Of a stretch of DNA of 64,000 bases, positions 63,421-64,000 are shown piece by piece; position 1 is the stretch's first letter, and every line of letters begins with the position of its first letter. Position numbers and translations under genes: made by a program. The notes under the pieces are model-generated. The model searched no databases, had not been told where the DNA came from, and was given only the letters and a program-made list of their open reading frames with translations. Source of the stretch: Mobula hypostoma (Eukaryota); NCBI RefSeq assembly GCF_963921235.1, contig NC_086097.1, positions 45,944,001-46,008,000 on the forward strand. Direction: 5' to 3'.

Positions 63421-64000
63421 GAATAGAGCTGCATAAAGCAACCAAACAGGTTTTATGAAATGAAACGAGTGTGTGTGTTAGGATCAGAATTTCGTGGCGT
63501 TGAGTCCATGTGGATGAAGACATGAAAGGACATGATGCTGCACTAAAAGGGTCTGAAATCAGAGCAATTGCAAACTGGAAAAAGAAACTGTAGTGCTGGA
63601 GGTGGACTGAAGGGAAGTTTAAAAATTGTGGCCATTAGGCAGCAGTAATCACTTTAATTTAGGGTTGATGAATGATTAGGTATTTGCCATAAACAATGTT
63701 GTACACATAGGACAATAGAAAAATTGATTATGTGAATGTTGGAAAATTTCTAAATAAAAGATTGGCCTTTCCTTTCAAACTGTCATTTGCAGTTATATTC
63801 TTGAACCTGTTAATGATTTTTGCTTGGTCGGTCAAGCTGCATTGAACAAGTAGCTGGGGTTATTCCCAAGCTTAATTGTAGCAGGAAAGGTCCTTCAGTC
63901 AGATTCTGCTGACATCTGTTTCAGCAGGCCAGGCAACGTCTGTGGAAAATGAAAAAGAGTTATTAGTTTGACTGAAGACCCTTTATCAGGAATCGAAAAG

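Noticed and set aside
1..64000. CRISPR arrays, operons or prokaryotic defence systems
   Set aside because: Sequence is intron-containing vertebrate DNA; no repeat-spacer arrays or dense ORFs.

Overview
Vertebrate genomic DNA, most likely a cartilaginous fish (ray or shark); this is inferred from the repeat complement of V-SINE/HE1-type SINEs, CR1, Rex1-like LINEs and Penelope-like elements. The window holds the last three coding exons of RCOR1/CoREST (+ strand, 4391-7718) and an AT-rich 3'UTR. About 37 kb of heavily nested transposon relics follow, then a CpG-rich promoter-like region with NF-kB-type sites (~49.7-50.9 kb) that by synteny may be the non-coding 5' end of TRAF3; no TRAF3 coding exon was seen. 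No intact transposon ORF is present, and almost all ORF-track entries are broken LINE fragments or noise. Most notable: (1) about ten copies of a Penelope-like-element terminus carrying a minimal, probably dimer-dependent hammerhead ribozyme, several arranged as inverted pairs; (2) a frameshifted relic of an RCOR3-like proline-rich tail just past the RCOR1 stop; (3) a distal UTR block with miR-124 and miR-9-3p 8mers; (4) an unidentified 113-bp insert with a 13-bp target-site duplication. Repeat boundaries are approximate, and protein-family comparisons are from memory, not database searches.
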